Assembly: GCA_028534125.1 (NCBI GenBank)
Contig: CM052817.1
Coordinates: 77,688,001-77,752,000, forward strand
Direction: 5' to 3'
Source of the DNA: Lama glama
Lineage: Eukaryota
Length of the DNA stretch: 64,000 nt
Under the pieces are notes generated by a model, which did no database searches, had not been told where the DNA came from, and saw nothing but the letters and a program-made list of their open reading frames with translations. Below are positions 1-14,474 of this stretch, piece by piece; the first letter of the stretch is position 1, and the number at the start of each line of letters is the position of its first letter. Position numbers and translations under genes: made by a program.

Positions 1-296
1 CCATTTTTATAGGTAAATTAACAACATTTTGAAAGGAGATAATGTGCAGCCATTCCAATCTGGAAGTTCCAGCTATGCTTACAGAAAATGTTGTCTTTAA
101 ATAATAGCACTTCCAAGAAAAGCAATCAGAAAATCAATAAAAAGAAGGAACTATCCCACAGAACAGGCCTCAGTTCCTTTAGTTCATCTGTTTTCATTCT
201 TCCCTGTCTATGAAATCACTGATAGTGCATACATTAGAAGTATCATGTAAGCTATTCTAGCATAACTGTAGTCCTGTAAAATTTCTTTCATATTAG

Positions 297-526
297 GTCT
301 GAGAATCTGAAAAAACATTTCAATAATGTCTTAAAAACTCTAGAATTGATTAATGCAAGTGATTTCCTCTTTGCAATAGTTACACTGGAAGGTCCTATGT
401 TTTTATAAACTGTGTTGCCATTGCTCAAAACATTTTGGGAAATTCTTCTCTGAATGCCTTCAGAGTCTGCATTAGACTTTCTGAATCTCATCAGTAGTGA
501 CAATATTTCAGTTTGCTTACTTTATG
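297..526 (+). pseudogene. Pseudo-exon, STRC-like N-terminal region
   Basis: tttcatattag|G...TATG|gtgaga. Reads SENLKKHF...GPMFL*TVLPLLKTFWEILL*MPSESALDFLNLIS vs STRC [35 protein letters not shown]. Stops TAA 406 and TGA 451. Confidence 0.75.
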
Positions 527-999
527 GTGAGAGTGAATTTGGGTTTTTGTATATTTTAAACAGACAAAAGTTACTTCACCTATGGTCTGGTGGGAAATAC
601 AAATTTTTTTTCAGGTAAAATGAGAAACAATCCTAAAGCAATGGGACTGATTTTTGTAGTCAAGATGGGAAGTTTATATTATTCTGTTTCCAGCTGTGTG
701 ACTGCCCAATGCCTCAGTTTCCTCATCTGTAACAGGAGTAACAATGGCCCATATAGACTTCTTCTGACTGTTAAGTGATATAATAAATGTTATAGTAGCA
801 ATTAGAGTGCCCAGCACACAGTTAGAACTCAATAGTTCTTACCTGGAGAATAACTGTTTGAAGGGATTTCTAGTCCTTTCCTTTCTACCAAACTCCTTCC
901 TCCATCTATTCAAATCCAGCACATCATTCAAAACTGACTCCAAATCCATTCTCTGAAATCACATTTTTCAGTGTAACTAATTCATTTTGTAATTTTCTG

Positions 1000-1680
1000 T
1001 TTCCAACCCATCATGGAGTTCTGAAGATTGATCTTACATCATGACTCTTAAATCCATTCCCTTTTCTCCATCCCACTTCTTGTCTTCAATACTTGAAGCC
1101 ATGCATTCTCCATGCTGCAGGCAGAGTGAACTTTCCACAGTATAAGCCTGATGGAGTCACTTCCCTCTTATAACATTTTAGAGCCTCCCCAGTGTCCTCT
1201 AGATAGAGGACAATCTTCTCAGTAGGACATGTAGAGCCATTTACAATATAAACCCAACTTACGGCAAAAGCATCAGTGCCACATTTCTTTAAATGTAGCA
1301 TGTCCTCACTTCCCCAGTACTTTGCATGTGGCTTTTATTTATTCTCTTTGGCTTCTGGCTAACTCCTACTGTTTCCTTTGGATTTAATTTAGAGATTAGG
1401 TACTCCAGGAAACTTATATTCCCAGATCCTCTATAGGCTCCACCTCCTACCCAAGGCTCATTTAGGTATATCTCTTAAGAAATCTCATAGCACCTGCTCA
1501 AGCATTGCACTGTATTGTAATCTATTTATTTGAAATTTATTTCCAAATCAGGACATGAGCCACTGGAGGGCAGACCCTGTGTCTTATTTGTGCCCCTCTA
1601 GAATCTTGTGTTCATATTGGTATCCCTAGGAACATAATAGGGCTCAGTAATTATTTATTGAATGAATGAATGAACAAATA
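1000..1680 (+). mobile_element. L2 LINE 3' fragment
   Basis: Degenerate L2 3' region ending in ctcagtaattatttattgaatgaatgaatgaa. Confidence 0.65.
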
Positions 1681-2375
1681 ATGTTTCTGACGTCTTATTT
1701 ACTGTTCTTGTGACTCATTAACACTTTTTATTGTTACTAAGACTTAAAAAAAAAAACAACTCCCAATTTGGGCTTTCACAACTGCTCTCTCTGCCTTGGA
1801 AAAACCCCAACAGTTGCATAGCTCAGCCTCTCACTTAATGTGGGTCTCTATTCACATAGCACCTCAGAAGGGTCTTCTCAGACGTCGTAAGTTAATAGGA
1901 CAAACAACCACCCCATTGCCAAACACAGCTATATTTTTCTTGATACACTTACTTACTTTGGACATTATGTTCTATATTTATTACTTGTTTATTTTTTCCT
2001 GATGTCTGTAAACTCCATAAGGTTGAGTTTGTTTTTTACCACTGGGTCCCCAGTTCCCACAATACTGTCTGGCACAGATAGACTGCTTAATGTCAAGTAA
2101 AGTATCAAATACCAGATTATAAAGCCCTTGAGAACAGCAAATGATGTGTGTTCCACATCCTAACCTAATATGTTATAGTATGTAATTAATAAATATACAT
2201 AGATGTATTTGCTGTAGTCACCTAAAAAAAGTAAGGTGCCTCTTGAGGCAGACAACACCTGTGGATATCCACTGAGGTGGGGAAATTAGAAATTGAGTAT
2301 CTCAAACCTGTGAGAGAGAAGGCAGGAAGTTTCTCTGAATGGTATCTTTGTTCTACTAAGAATCATGTGAAGTTT

Positions 2376-3217
2376 TGTTGCCAAAACACAGCCTCTATAC
2401 CCAGCTTTAGTGAATTGAGACTCGAGGACAGAGTTTTGGATGAAGTAGAAAAGGCAGCTTTATTTCTTTGCCAAGCAAAGGAGGTTACAGTGGGCTAATG
2501 CCTCTAAGACTGTGAGCCTACTGGGGAGAGAAGGCAGGGGGTTTTACAGTAAAAGTTCAAGAGCTCAAGGGGAAGAGCTAGTTTCCATAGAGATCATATA
2601 CAGGTAACAAATTGTTGCAAAGTTGTTCTTATTTTTGCAGTGGTCCCCTTCCCTTTGCTGGGTAAGAAGTTCACCTCTGATTTGGGGGCTCTCTTAATAT
2701 TCTTGTACCTAGAACAAAGGATGCATAGGAAGAGGTTCTGTGGAAAAGAGCTCTAGAGAAAAATTTGTGCAGTTTAAAGTCAGGTTGATAAATGCTTTCA
2801 ACTTTTTAAGTAGGCTTGGGACATACTGCTGCAGTCCAAGGCCTGCAGCTCAAATAAAAGAATACAAGGAAACCACAAGGGGTCAAAAACAACTGCAGAC
2901 ATGAGCAGTTGAGCAAGTTATGAACAACAAGATGCACAAAACCTCCAACTGCTGTTTCTGAGGTGTCAGGGTCAAGAGGAGGGCACTGGGGTCAGAAGCA
3001 AGGCACTAGGGAGAAGAGCAGGGCACTGAGTATGATCCCTGCAGGCAGCACCATGAGGGGGTTGGGTGGACCACCCAAGCCTCCCTCCTCTCTGGCCCAA
3101 CCTTGGTCAGCAAGAGCATGAGGAAAACCCTGTAAACCATTATATAGTTCAACAGTTACAAACACCATTACAGATATCAGATGGTCATCGATGACAACAG
3201 GGTCCTTCTTGGTTACA
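2376..3217 (-). mobile_element. ERV1-class solo LTR
   Basis: TG...CA ends; near 4-bp TSD gttt/gttc; reverse start tgtaaccaagaaggaccct resembles the LTR at 31617. Confidence 0.7.
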
Positions 3218-4724
3218 GTTCTGTCTTTACGTGTATGTGGGATAGGAAGGTTTCCCCTGTTCAAAGAGGAGATGACAATTGAAACAAAAGGCTACTATTC
3301 CCTTGAGCAAAGAAAGGTCCCCGGAATGGACTTGGATTAATTTTCATAAGGAACTTGAAGCTTCTAAAAGAGAGGAACTAAAACATGTATCTTTGTTACC
3401 TGTGATTTAGCATTAGGAAGTGTCTGGGGGCGGTGGGGGTAGGGGACAGGCTGTCTGTCAAGCTGAATCAGGATGTCCCTGATCTAGGTATAGAGGCAGG
3501 GAAGCACAATGATTCCTCTTGAGGAAAAATTATAGCAAAAAGGGCAGAGGTGAATTTATCCCAAAGCTCCAGAAGCTTCCAGGATCATTCATTACAGGGC
3601 CCCTCCGGAGTCTCTGAGTGGGTCCCTAGCAATGTGTCCACATGGTTGTAACTATTTAACTGCTAACTGATTAAGATAACTGACTCTTTCCACCACAACA
3701 TTTCCTCCTCAGAACTCTTCAGTAATACCACTGGAGTGGCTGCAGACATTTTGGGGATCCAGCTAAGAGGAACTTAAGTTAGGGATATTTTTAGTTTGGT
3801 TTAAGCGGGATCTCTTTATCTGGTTCAAACTCAGTTCTTTTTGTTGTTAAGTTTTTGCTGGCTGCCCTGGTGTAGGAATGACTTATATAAGAATATTCCT
3901 ACCGCCCCCTCTTCAGAATCACCTAATCCCAGGACAAAAAGTGTCAGATCTCTTGTCATGAGATGAATGTGCCTTATATCACCTGTCACTAGAAGTATGT
4001 GGACAGTTAAGGAGAAAAAAATCTCTTTCTGGTTTCGGGAATCTGGAAAACTCTGATGAAACTTAGTTTAAAATGAAATTATAAGATGTTTTAAAATTAT
4101 TGGGCAGCAAAAAATTCTGGAAGATATAGAATGAGAATGTTACTTTACCAGTCTTTGCTAGAAAATGTATTAACTATTTGATTCCTGAGATAAACCAAAA
4201 GGAAAAGTACATAAAGTGTGGTTTTTTTTTTTAGTATGATTTTTAAGACCTTCACCTGGTACTCTACCATTCCCTGCCCTCTATCAAAATAAAATGTTTT
4301 TAACAGTGTGTGACGACATTGCCAGGCTCTTGGGATACAAGTGCCCTGCATCTTAAGCCTCAGCATGCTAGCACACACATACTGACACGATGCTAGAGGC
4401 CCTGTAAGAATTTGCAGGAATATTCTGATAGGGTGATTCCAAGTAGAGATAAGTTTATTTTTTCCTGTAGGTGGGAAACTGAAGTACCAGAAATTGAGGA
4501 TGTGTTCTGGGAATGAATGTTCTGTATGTTCTATATGAACACTGATTAAGACTGCAAGAATGAAAGGTACAATAATAGGAAATACAAATTAGACAATGGT
4601 GGGCTTACATGGTTCTCTCCTCATGGTCATTCCTATGTTTTGAAGAACACAGTCCTACATAACTCTAACAGTGCTTGAAAGCCATAAAACAAATGTTTAA
4701 AGATTAGGAGAGTCATTGGATATG

Positions 4725-5770
4725 ATATGCTGGACGCCTTCTGTTTGTTCCTCCAGGTCCCACTCTGTGCCCTAGAAGGCTGACCTCTAAGGACTATATC
4801 AACAAGCTCCTTTGCCCTCTGGCTATTGGTTGTCTTGGTTAATAGGGAGCATCAGCAAGAGATGGTGGGCCAGGAGAAAACTGAGCTCAGAATCTTTATT
4901 AACCTGATATGATGGTTGCAAATTCTTTGCTATGTTCCCTGTCAAAAGGTGGAGTATAATTCTCCTCTCCCCTTTAATCAGGACTGGCCTAAATGACTTG
5001 CTTGAATAATTGAATGCAGTGGAAGTGACATTTTGGGACTTTGGCAGCTAGGTCATCACAAGAGGCCTTGTAGTCCCCACTACCTAGGGCTCTTGGAGCA
5101 CTCACTCCTGGAGCTCTGAGCTGTCAACTTCTCTGAGACTTCCTTGCTGGAGGGAGCCATGGAGACCCATGGAGACACATGGAGAGAGAGAAATGCTAGC
5201 TATCCCCTGTTCCAGCCTCCCACGGCAGATATATGAGTGAAGACAATATCTTGGAGGACACTGTGATCCCAGCAGATATAACATGGAGAAGAACCAAGGA
5301 ACCCGGCCAACAGCAGTACTGAGGCCCCAGACATATGACCCCTGTCCTGCAGTCTCAGACATCTCCAGCTGTTCAAACCACCCCAGCAGAGGCTCCAGGC
5401 ATTGTGAAGCAAAAATAATCCATCTCTGCTGTGCCCTGCCAGAATCTGTGACCCACAAAATTGTGAGCACAATATGTGATTACTGTTTCACAGCAATAAA
5501 TAAACACCTGGTAACTTCCCAGCTGGGTCAGCCCTGGTCGGCTGTGTCCCTCTGCCAAAGTCTCTTCGAGACAGCCCTCTCCATACAACTACTCTGCCTC
5601 ACAGCCTAGGGGAGGTAATGGCTCCCTGCCATCACAAGCTGTACTATCCTTTGTTACTGGCTTCTCAAAATCTTGTCCACCTTTCAAAAACAGTCCCTTA
5701 TTTGAACTCTCCTGAACTACACAGTTTGAGAATGTCATCTGTTCCCTGTCAGGATCTTGGCTTATATACA
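4725..5770. mobile_element. ERVL LTR33-like element interrupted by an MLT1(G/H-like) LTR (~4905-5505)
   Basis: MLT1 motifs (ggaagtgacattttgggact, ttcacagcaataaataaaca) flanked by two halves of an LTR33-like sequence. Confidence 0.6.
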
Positions 5771-7694
5771 GACCTGATATACATGTCTCAAGATTTATTA
5801 AAGAGCAAGGGGGAAAGCTACAGGCTATATAAGTTCAAATCTCGTGCTTAGAAAGCCACAGACAAATGAGCAAAACAGTACGTCCATATACTTATATCAG
5901 ATAATTAGCACGTCACCCTTAATGAAACACTTCAGAATGCTTTAGAAGAGACAAGGTTTTAAAGACTATCCTTAAGGTTTTCTGGATTCAGTGAGTCTTA
6001 CACATTTTTACCTTTGTTTGTAAGGAAAATGGTCATTTTCTGGCACACTGCATTATTTTATTTTAAAAAAACATTTAGTCACACTTTCTATATTCCAGGC
6101 ACTCTTCTAAGACCTTTACAAAAAAAAATGCATTTAATTCTCCTAATAACCCCATCAGTCACGTGCCATTATTGTCACTGTCTTGCAGATGAAGACACTA
6201 GGGCGTGAAGACTGTATTAGTGGAGCAAGGGCACACAGCTAGTAAGCGCAGAGCTAAAAATTGAAGCCACACAGTTCGGCTAGAGGGTGTACACCCTTTA
6301 CCACTGTGTTATGCTGTGAAGTCTTGCCAGGAAAGATTTAGAAAACAGGACAAATGAGTCACCCTGGTCTGCTGTGTGATTAGGCTCAGTGAGTGCTGGT
6401 GCCATCTCTTCTCACAGGAGTCAGAGGTGATGGAGAGTGAGGAAGAGAAAGAGGTTGGGAGCTCCTCAGAGGACAGATACCAGAGACGAAAAGTGTCAAA
6501 GTTATCTGCTGCTGTGTACAAGTTACCTCAAAATGTAGTGGCTTAAAGCAACTATAATAAGTTTTTATCTCTCATGGTTTCTGGGGATCAGGAATTCAGA
6601 GGGTACAGCAGGGTCTCTAACCCACTATACCTGGAGTCTCAGGTGGAAGATGTGGAGGCTGGGGTTGGAAGCATCTGAAGGCTCATTCACTCCTATCTGG
6701 GCCTAGATGGGTCTGTAGCCTGGAATACCCTTCACAGCCTCCCACCCTCTATCTGGTCCAGGGGTGCTTAGAGGAAGTGCTACCCACAAAATGAAATGTG
6801 GTTTTATGTGTGGGAGTTACTAGTTTGGAGAACCTGGCTTGGGTGATTATTTAACTGTTTCAGTCAGAATTTCTGAAGAAAATAGAAGGTAAGTTCAAAC
6901 TGAGTAAAAGGACTATCTTTAAAAGTGTGGGAGTGTTTAAAGAAACAAAAAAAAATAAGGATTACGTAGAACTCGAGAACTAGCAACAGCAGAGAGCCAT
7001 TTCAGCCTCTCCCCAACTGAAAGAAAGGAAGAAGTTACCAGAGCTCTGAGGGTAGTTATTTGTAGAGTGAGGCCGTTAGGGAGGGATGCAGATAACCAAG
7101 GATGACCCAGTGGAGTGGAGGAGGGTGAATTAACACTCTCATCTCATTGTCTGCCTGCCCACTTATCTTCTGCTTATCAAGCTACCTGAATGCCACATGG
7201 CCAGATCGGCCCATACGAGTCAGCCTCCCAGGACGCCAGAATAGGGTGGTAGTGAGAATGGTAGAGCTTAAGTCTAGACAGGCAAACAGAAGATATCCAT
7301 CACACCAAAATATTACTGAGGGTCAGGCTGAGGTGGGGGGCAGTGAGGAGGGTGTTTTGGAGAGTCACCAATTGTACCACATAGAGCGTTAGGTGAGTAC
7401 CGCTGGAGTTTGGAATACCACCATTTACAGACTTTATGTTATGGTGTGTCATCTGAAATTACCATTTTTGTAGATTAAAAAAAACTGGAAAAATTGGCAA
7501 TTTCATATCATTCAACCTAATAGTCTAGACTTTCCAACAAAGTTGCTAATAGATAAACTGCTCATATTAGATGACTAAAAATGTTGCTTCTCATTGTTTT
7601 ATTGTTGAGTATTTTCAGAGTTAGGATTCCCTAAAATACTTAAGTGGAATGGGTTACTGGACTACATTAAACTTTTTTTTTTTTGGTTGTTCAG

Positions 7695-7846
7695 GGATGA
7701 ATCAACATAAAAAATCAGCAAAACTTTTAAAGCTGGCAAGTTTCTTGCTTCAGCACAGCCTGAACCTGGTGCCCAACTGAAATAGTTCAACCTACCTAAC
7801 ATTTTGTCTTTCAAAGGTGGACAGACTTGAACCCAAGCAGAGAATT
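7695..7846 (+). pseudogene. Pseudo-exon
   Basis: Poly-T ggttgttcag acceptor, gtaaga donor; phase 1 start matches the previous exon. GMNQHKKSAKLLKLASFLLQHSLNLVPN*NSSTYLTFCLSK vs STRC GNLQQLLLWGVRHNLSW. Confidence 0.7.
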
Positions 7847-8192
7847 GTAAGAGGTAGCATGATGCTTAGGTTTCAGGGAGGACCAGCAGTAAATAGAGGA
7901 CTCAGGATAGACAATGAGAAGTTTTAAATTTCATGTTCAAATCATGCTGTTGACTATACTGCCCTCTAACCACATATTATTTAGTAACCTACTGGATAAA
8001 GAAATGCTGGGGTTTTGATGTGGTTTCTCACTCTACAATACAACTAAGAAGATGTAAGTCAAATGCTAGTTAATATGAATTTTAAAGGGAATGTCCACTG
8101 AGACTATATTTAAAAATATTGCTACTTTCCACTAAGCATAGTGGAAGAGCCCCTGAAGCAGATCTCTGTTGTCTAAGCAATTACTTGAGTAA

Positions 8193-8660
8193 TGTGGCAG
8201 ACAGATAATGCGACCCCAAAGATATTCATGTTCTAATCCCCAAGAACTGTGAAAATGTTAACCTCACATGGTAAAAGGGACTTTACAGATGAGATTAAAT
8301 TAAGCATTTTGAGATAAGGAGAGTATTTTGGATTATCCAGTTGGTTCCATTGTAATCACAAGGGTCCTTATAAGAGGAAAGCAAGAGAGTTAAAGTTAGG
8401 ATAAGACCGTGTAACAACAGAGTAGAGATTGGAGCCATATGGCCACAAGTCAAGGAATACTAGCAGCATCGAAAAGTTGGAAGAGGCATGGATGGATTCT
8501 CTTCCAAAATGATATAGTCCTGCAGACAAATTGATTTTAGCCCCGTAAGACTTAAATCAGATCTCTGACCTCTTGAAGTGTAAAAAAAATATTCAATTTG
8601 TGTTATTTTAAGCCACTAAATTTGTGATAATTTGTTACAGCAGCCACAGGAAACTAATAA
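8193..8660 (+). mobile_element. MaLR LTR, MLT1C/D-like
   Basis: tgtggcagacagataat...ctaatcccc...tttaagccactaaatttgtgataatttgttacagcagccacaggaaactaata. Confidence 0.8.
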
Positions 8661-9196
8661 AAGTAGTTTTACTAGTTATGTGAATATAGTGGGGCATCTA
8701 TGAGGACAGATTTCTTTTGACACTCACTCCCCATTGTTACTCCTTAAAAACCCACATAAGAAATTTGCATAAAGAGCCTAGACATTTCAGAGAGATTGGG
8801 ACCAAGACACACATCCAGAAATTTGGAGTTAGAGTGATCTGTCAGGATAGACTAGGGTGGTTCTGGCCAAGACACTCTAACAGAGAAGGATAAGGGTTGC
8901 CTGGGAAAAAAATTTCCTTAGGAAAGGAGGGGGTCTTGGCTGATCCAGTCTTGACATAAGATCCCAACTGTTGTTGCAGGGAGAGCTAGCCTGGCACAGC
9001 TTGTGATTTATGCTACAAGGCCCTTAAGAACCAGCTTCCCAGATGTGGTCTTGTGTTTTTCAGAGACAATGGCTGAGCAAGGCACTGTGGACAAACAATG
9101 AGAACTCCACCCACCAGATACAACAATGTGGAAGACTAGGACATGGGGTCACACTTATCTGTGTTCCTATGGAAACTATTTGAAGATTTGTTTTAG

Positions 9197-9439
9197 ATGG
9201 ATTTTTATTCACTTTTCAAACATGCTACTAAAGCATGCCCCTCAACTGCTGAGCAAGGGTTTGTAGCTTGTACATTGGGTGATGGTGCCAGCCACTTAGG
9301 GTTGTGACCTGTTTTAAAAAAAAATTGTGAAATTAAAATAAAAAAGTTGCATCTGTGGGGTGAAATTTAATACTTGGTTACCTTCTGGTAGCTTTTGTTT
9401 TGACTGACTGGATTAATTGGAACAAAATAAGAGATTTGC
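9197..9439 (+). pseudogene. Two possible small pseudo-exons (9197-9258, 9392-9439)
   Basis: ttgttttag|ATGGAT...CAAGG|gtttgt (MDFYSLFKHATKACPSTAEQG) and ttctggtag|...TTTGC|gtaagt. Phases are compatible but there is no clear STRC similarity. Confidence 0.4.
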
Positions 9440-10204
9440 GTAAGTTTTTTCACTCTCGGTTTGTGGAGCAAGTCTTACTAAATACATACGTTTGTATTCT
9501 GTTAGAAAATTTTTAAAAGGTTTCTACCTTCCTCTTCATGTACTTTTGGGCATTTGAAATGAAACTATACCAATTTCTATATTCTTTCCTTTTACCTCGT
9601 TAAGACAAACAAAGAATCTAGCAATACTATAAAATAAAAGGATTCGTACTTATATGCTTCATCTCCTTTAAATGATAACTTCTTCTTTAATTAGGAGCAT
9701 CCGTCAACAGGCATTTTCCAAAAGTTGCTTAATTTTACTGAGGGCCTACTTTATGTCAGACATTGCTTTATGATCTCACATAGTTCACCTCATTTAAATC
9801 ATCCCACAATTCAGTGAGGTAGATTTCTTTCTATTTTATAAATGAGGAAATAGATTCATAAGGCTCAGGAATTTTCTTCTAGGTGGTTCTAAGAGATGGG
9901 TCTCTAACCATATCATTGCTTTTATAAGCATCAATTACCATCACACTTAAAATCAAATGGCAAGAAAAGCATGAATATTAGTAGGATATTTGACTGCAAC
10001 CAGTCTAGAAACATAATCAAGATTTAATATAAATATAAGATGTAATATGAAAACGAATATATGTATGTGTATGCATGACTGGGACTTTGCGCTGTACACC
10101 AGAAATTGACACATTGTAACTGACTGTACTTAAATTAAAAAAATTGAATGTGGCATTTGGTAGGTTTTAATATAAATCAATAGAAGTAGTTAAAGTTAAA
10201 AAGA

Positions 10205-10360
10205 AGATGTAATATAACAACAGTTTGCACAGCTCTTGTTTTGTTCCAATTAACTCCTCACTCCAAATAAATCCTATTATCAAATAGCCCAGCATATGCT
10301 CCTTAAACTCTACCTCCTCCACCAAATTCCTGAAATATGTATGTGCCAATAATGTATGAA
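10205..10360 (+). pseudogene. Pseudo-exon (boundaries approximate)
   Basis: ...ICSLNSTSSTKFLKYVCANN, then MYE after a frameshift, vs STRC GSFLVMVCANDTMYE. Confidence 0.65.
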
Positions 10361-11570
10361 AGAGGAGTAAAAAGCACCTAGCACTGTATCATGATGTTAG
10401 TGCTTGCTAAAGTTTGGTTGAATAAAAGTTAACAAAAACATAATCTGAAATGCAAGTCTGATACCATTTCCAAAGTTACAGCCTGACTTAAAAAACATTA
10501 GCTACCGACTGACCAAGCTGGTATACAACTCCTTTTTGCAAAAAGAATGAAAACACATCATGAATTTGAAACACAAAACAGCAAAAAAAACCTCCTGACT
10601 GAAAAATTTTAAAGCTACAGAATAAAAATTATTTATATATGGAAGAGTGTTGTGCTCTCAATTTTTTAATTTGCTTTTGATACTTGGAGGGCTATATTTT
10701 ATATATGACCCCCAATCACCATTTGAAATAGACATTTCTGCTGCCTACGAGCAGTCATTTCTCCGTTTCTTCCAATAATACCCAGACTTTATTCAAGTAT
10801 CTCCCACTTCCCTACTCATCTCATGGGCCTCAGGAGAACCTGACCTCATCACTCCAGGTGAGCTCTGGTGGATGACTCGAGTGTATCTAAAGCTAACCCC
10901 ATCTCTAGAGCAAATGATGGGTGCAGGAGATGACATGTGACCCAACTGATGTGAAAAGAGGTTTTCAAGGGGCATCTGAGAAAGACTTTATCAACACAAT
11001 GAGACAGATTCTCAGAGTAACACTCTCTCTCTAGACATGGTCATGATTCTTCTGCTATTATTTTGCTATTAACCTGAAAACGAAGCTTCTATTTAGAGAA
11101 GGTAAAAGAACTCTAGCAGGTGTCCGGATTGTCAACTTTTGGGCCTTTCCTCCTTCTCTTCTTCCAGCTAACTAGGCCAATACATATCTGCCTGTTTAAG
11201 CTAGTTTAAGTACAGTTTTCTGTTATTTGTTGTTAAAAGTATTCTAACCTATGCAATATCAACATATAATTCTAGTGTTGTGACAATAAAACAAGTAAAA
11301 TATATAGTTCTTGCTCATAGTATGAAAATGGTAAGACTTATGCAAACCCAGAGTTCTATACTTAGGAGCCTGCCAAGGCAAATAAACACCTGCTAAAGAC
11401 TACAATAGTTTAAAAACTTGCCAATTCAAATATACCTGTTCATCTGAAGTTATCAAGTTTCAGTTCCCTAACATTGTACATTGTGTGTTTTGTGAAATTA
11501 CATTTCCTGTGATAGCAAGAAGCCCAAGAAATAGTCTACCTGGCAAAGGAAAATGAAAAGTGAAGATGGG

Positions 11571-13103
11571 TATATCAGACAATACTACAGAGCTACAGTA
11601 ATCAAAACAGTGTGGTACTGGCATAAAAACAGATATATGGATCAATGGAACAGAATAGAGAGCCCAGAAATAAATCCACAAACCTATGTTCAATTAATCT
11701 TTAACAAAGGAGGCAAAAATATACAATGGAGAAAAGACAGTCTCTTCAGCAAGTGGTGTTGGGAAAACTGGACAGCTGCATGTAAATCAGTGAAGTTAGA
11801 ACACTCCCTCACCCCATACACAAAAATAAACTCAAAATGGCTTAAAGACTTAGATATAAGACAAGACATAATAAATTTCCTAGAATAAAACATAGGCCAA
11901 TCTCTGACATAAATCTTAGCAATGTTCTCCTAGGGCAGTCTACCCAGGCAATAGAAATAAGAGCAAAAATAAACAAATATGATCTAATTAAACTTATAAG
12001 CTTCTGCACAGCAAAGGAAACCATAAGCAAAAAAAAAAAAAAAAAACAACCAGAAAAACAAAAAACGGCAACCTATGGAATGGGAGAAAATATTTGTAAA
12101 TGATGCAACTGACAAAGGCTTAATCTCCAGAACATATACAGCTCATATAACTTAGTTAAAAAAAAAAAACAACACCCCAATCCAAAAATGGGCAGAGGAC
12201 CTAAACAAGCAATTCTCCAATGAAGACATATGAAAGGCCAATAGGCACAAGAAAAAGTGCTCAATATCACTAATTATCAGAGAAACGCAAATAAAAACTA
12301 CAATGAGATATCACTTCACACCAGTCAGAATGGCCATCATTCAAAAGTCTATGAACAATAAACATGGAGAGAGTGTGGAGAGAAGGGAACCCTCCTACAC
12401 TGCTGGTAGGGATTTGTTTGGTGTAGCCACTATGGAAAACAGTATGGAGTTTCCTCAAAAAACTAAAAATAGACCTACTGTATGATCCAGCAATCCCACT
12501 TCTGGGTATATATCTGGAGGGAACTCTAATTTGAAAAGACACTTGCACCCCAATATTCACAGCAGCACTATATACAATAGCCAAGACATGGAAAAAACCT
12601 AAATGTCCATCGACAGATGATTGGATAAAGAAGTTGTGGTATATTTATACAATAGAATACTACTTATCCTTAAAAAATAAAATAATGCCATTTGCAGCAA
12701 TATGGATGGACCTAGAGATCATCATTCTAAGTAAAGTAAACCAGAAAGAGAAAGAAAAATACTATGTGATATCACTCATATGTGGAATCTGAAAAAAAAT
12801 AAAAGGACACTACAAAACAGAAACAGACTTGCATACATAGTAAACAATCTCATGGTTACCAGGGAAAGGGAGTGGGAAGGGATAAATCTGGGAATTTGAG
12901 ATTTACAAATGTTAGCCACTATATATAAAAGCAGATTTTAAAAAAGTTTTTTTGGTATAGCACAGGGAACTATGTTCAGTATCTTGTAACAACCTTTAAT
13001 GAAAAAGAACATGAAAATGCATATATGTATGTATATGCATGACTGCGACATTGTGCTGCACACTAGAAACAGACAAATTGTAACTGTACTTCAGTTAAAA
13101 AAA
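11571..13103 (+). mobile_element. 5'-truncated L1 (ORF2 C-terminus + 3' UTR)
   Basis: [35 protein letters not shown]2 motif, A tail, TSD gtgaagatgg on both sides. Confidence 0.95.
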
Positions 13104-13726
13104 AGAGTGAAGATGGACATATAATTTATGTATGAATTGCTGTAGAACCTTTGAATATTTTAACACCACATGAAATGATTAGAATAAAAAACAACTGACT
13201 TTTAAACTTCAACAAATTAAGAAAAGGCTATAAATTACTTTTTAGGCACAGTTAAAGAGAATCACTAAAATCAGGATCATTAAAATTTGTTTCAAGTTGT
13301 AATGATATTTTTTTACCTTAAAAAGAACATTTGACCCTTGAATAAATGACAGCAATACATATAATTTTTAGAAAGCATTCTAAATTTAAATGATCACAGA
13401 ACTATCAATATGGGATTTCAAATTGAGACTATCTCAAGCAATTAATCTAAAATAATGTGTCCATTTTGTTTACAGATCTAGCAGGGAAGCTTAATTGGCA
13501 TTTATGAAACACCACTTCACTTACACTCAAATCTAAAAGTATGCTCGTGACTTGAATAAATATGCTCACAAGTATAAAACAGGACCCAAATTTATCTTTA
13601 AGATTTAAATGATTTTATTAAGTGACTATTTATGGCCCATAATCAAATTATTAACTATTTTAAAAAAACATTTGTTTTTTATGTAAAAAATATTGTAAAG
13701 TTTGCTTATTTTCCTTCCCAACTAGC

Positions 13727-14033
13727 ATTTATAGCACATTTATTTGACATAAAGGAGTAAAAACTATCCAGCTCTTATGTAAACTGGAAGATTGATTGTG
13801 GAGTCCCAGCGAGTTCTTCATTTACTTTGTATTGATGTATTTTGCAAAAATCAATAATTCTACTGTTTTTTCAAAATTAACTAGCAAGATACTTGTTCTG
13901 TTGGTCAGAACTTGTTCATATATAATCACAGTATTGTCCCCATTTGATCTTATAGTAACTATTTTCCAATCTGGTGGTATTTTCTTGGACTGGTGGTTTA
14001 TTATGTTAAATATTTATTACTTTGTGTGAAATA
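13727..14033 (+). pseudogene. Probable pseudo-exon
   Basis: ttccttcccaactag acceptor, gtacag donor. LCKLED*LWSPSEFFIYF weakly resembles STRC LCLTPGPFLLGML; position fits the collinear order. Confidence 0.4.
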
Positions 14034-14474
14034 GGTACAGTCTTTAAAAGAAATTAACAAATATTTATTGAATATAACTATGTGCAAAGTGTTATATTTA
14101 AATACTATTATTTTCCCTGTTGGACATAAAAATCCAGATTAAGTCATATCACCTCATAAAGTGAAGACAGTATTCCAATTGCCTTATTTACAGTAAAGAA
14201 AATCTAATCACTGACTGTAAAGAAACTCTAGCTGCAAAACAAGTTAGTTAAAACGTGAATGATGATAATCATATCCCACATTCACTGAATGTTGAATTTA
14301 GAAAATAAAATGTTTCCTAATGCCATTTGAAATCTCTATTACCCTGCCTGCTCAAGTCTTTTGCCATTATCTGATAAAAATGTCTCTAGTCAGACAAACA
14401 CATCCCTTGTATTAGTTCTTCTACAAAAGCTAACTGATTTAGAGCTTATAAAACTTGTTTTGTTGTTGTTTTAG

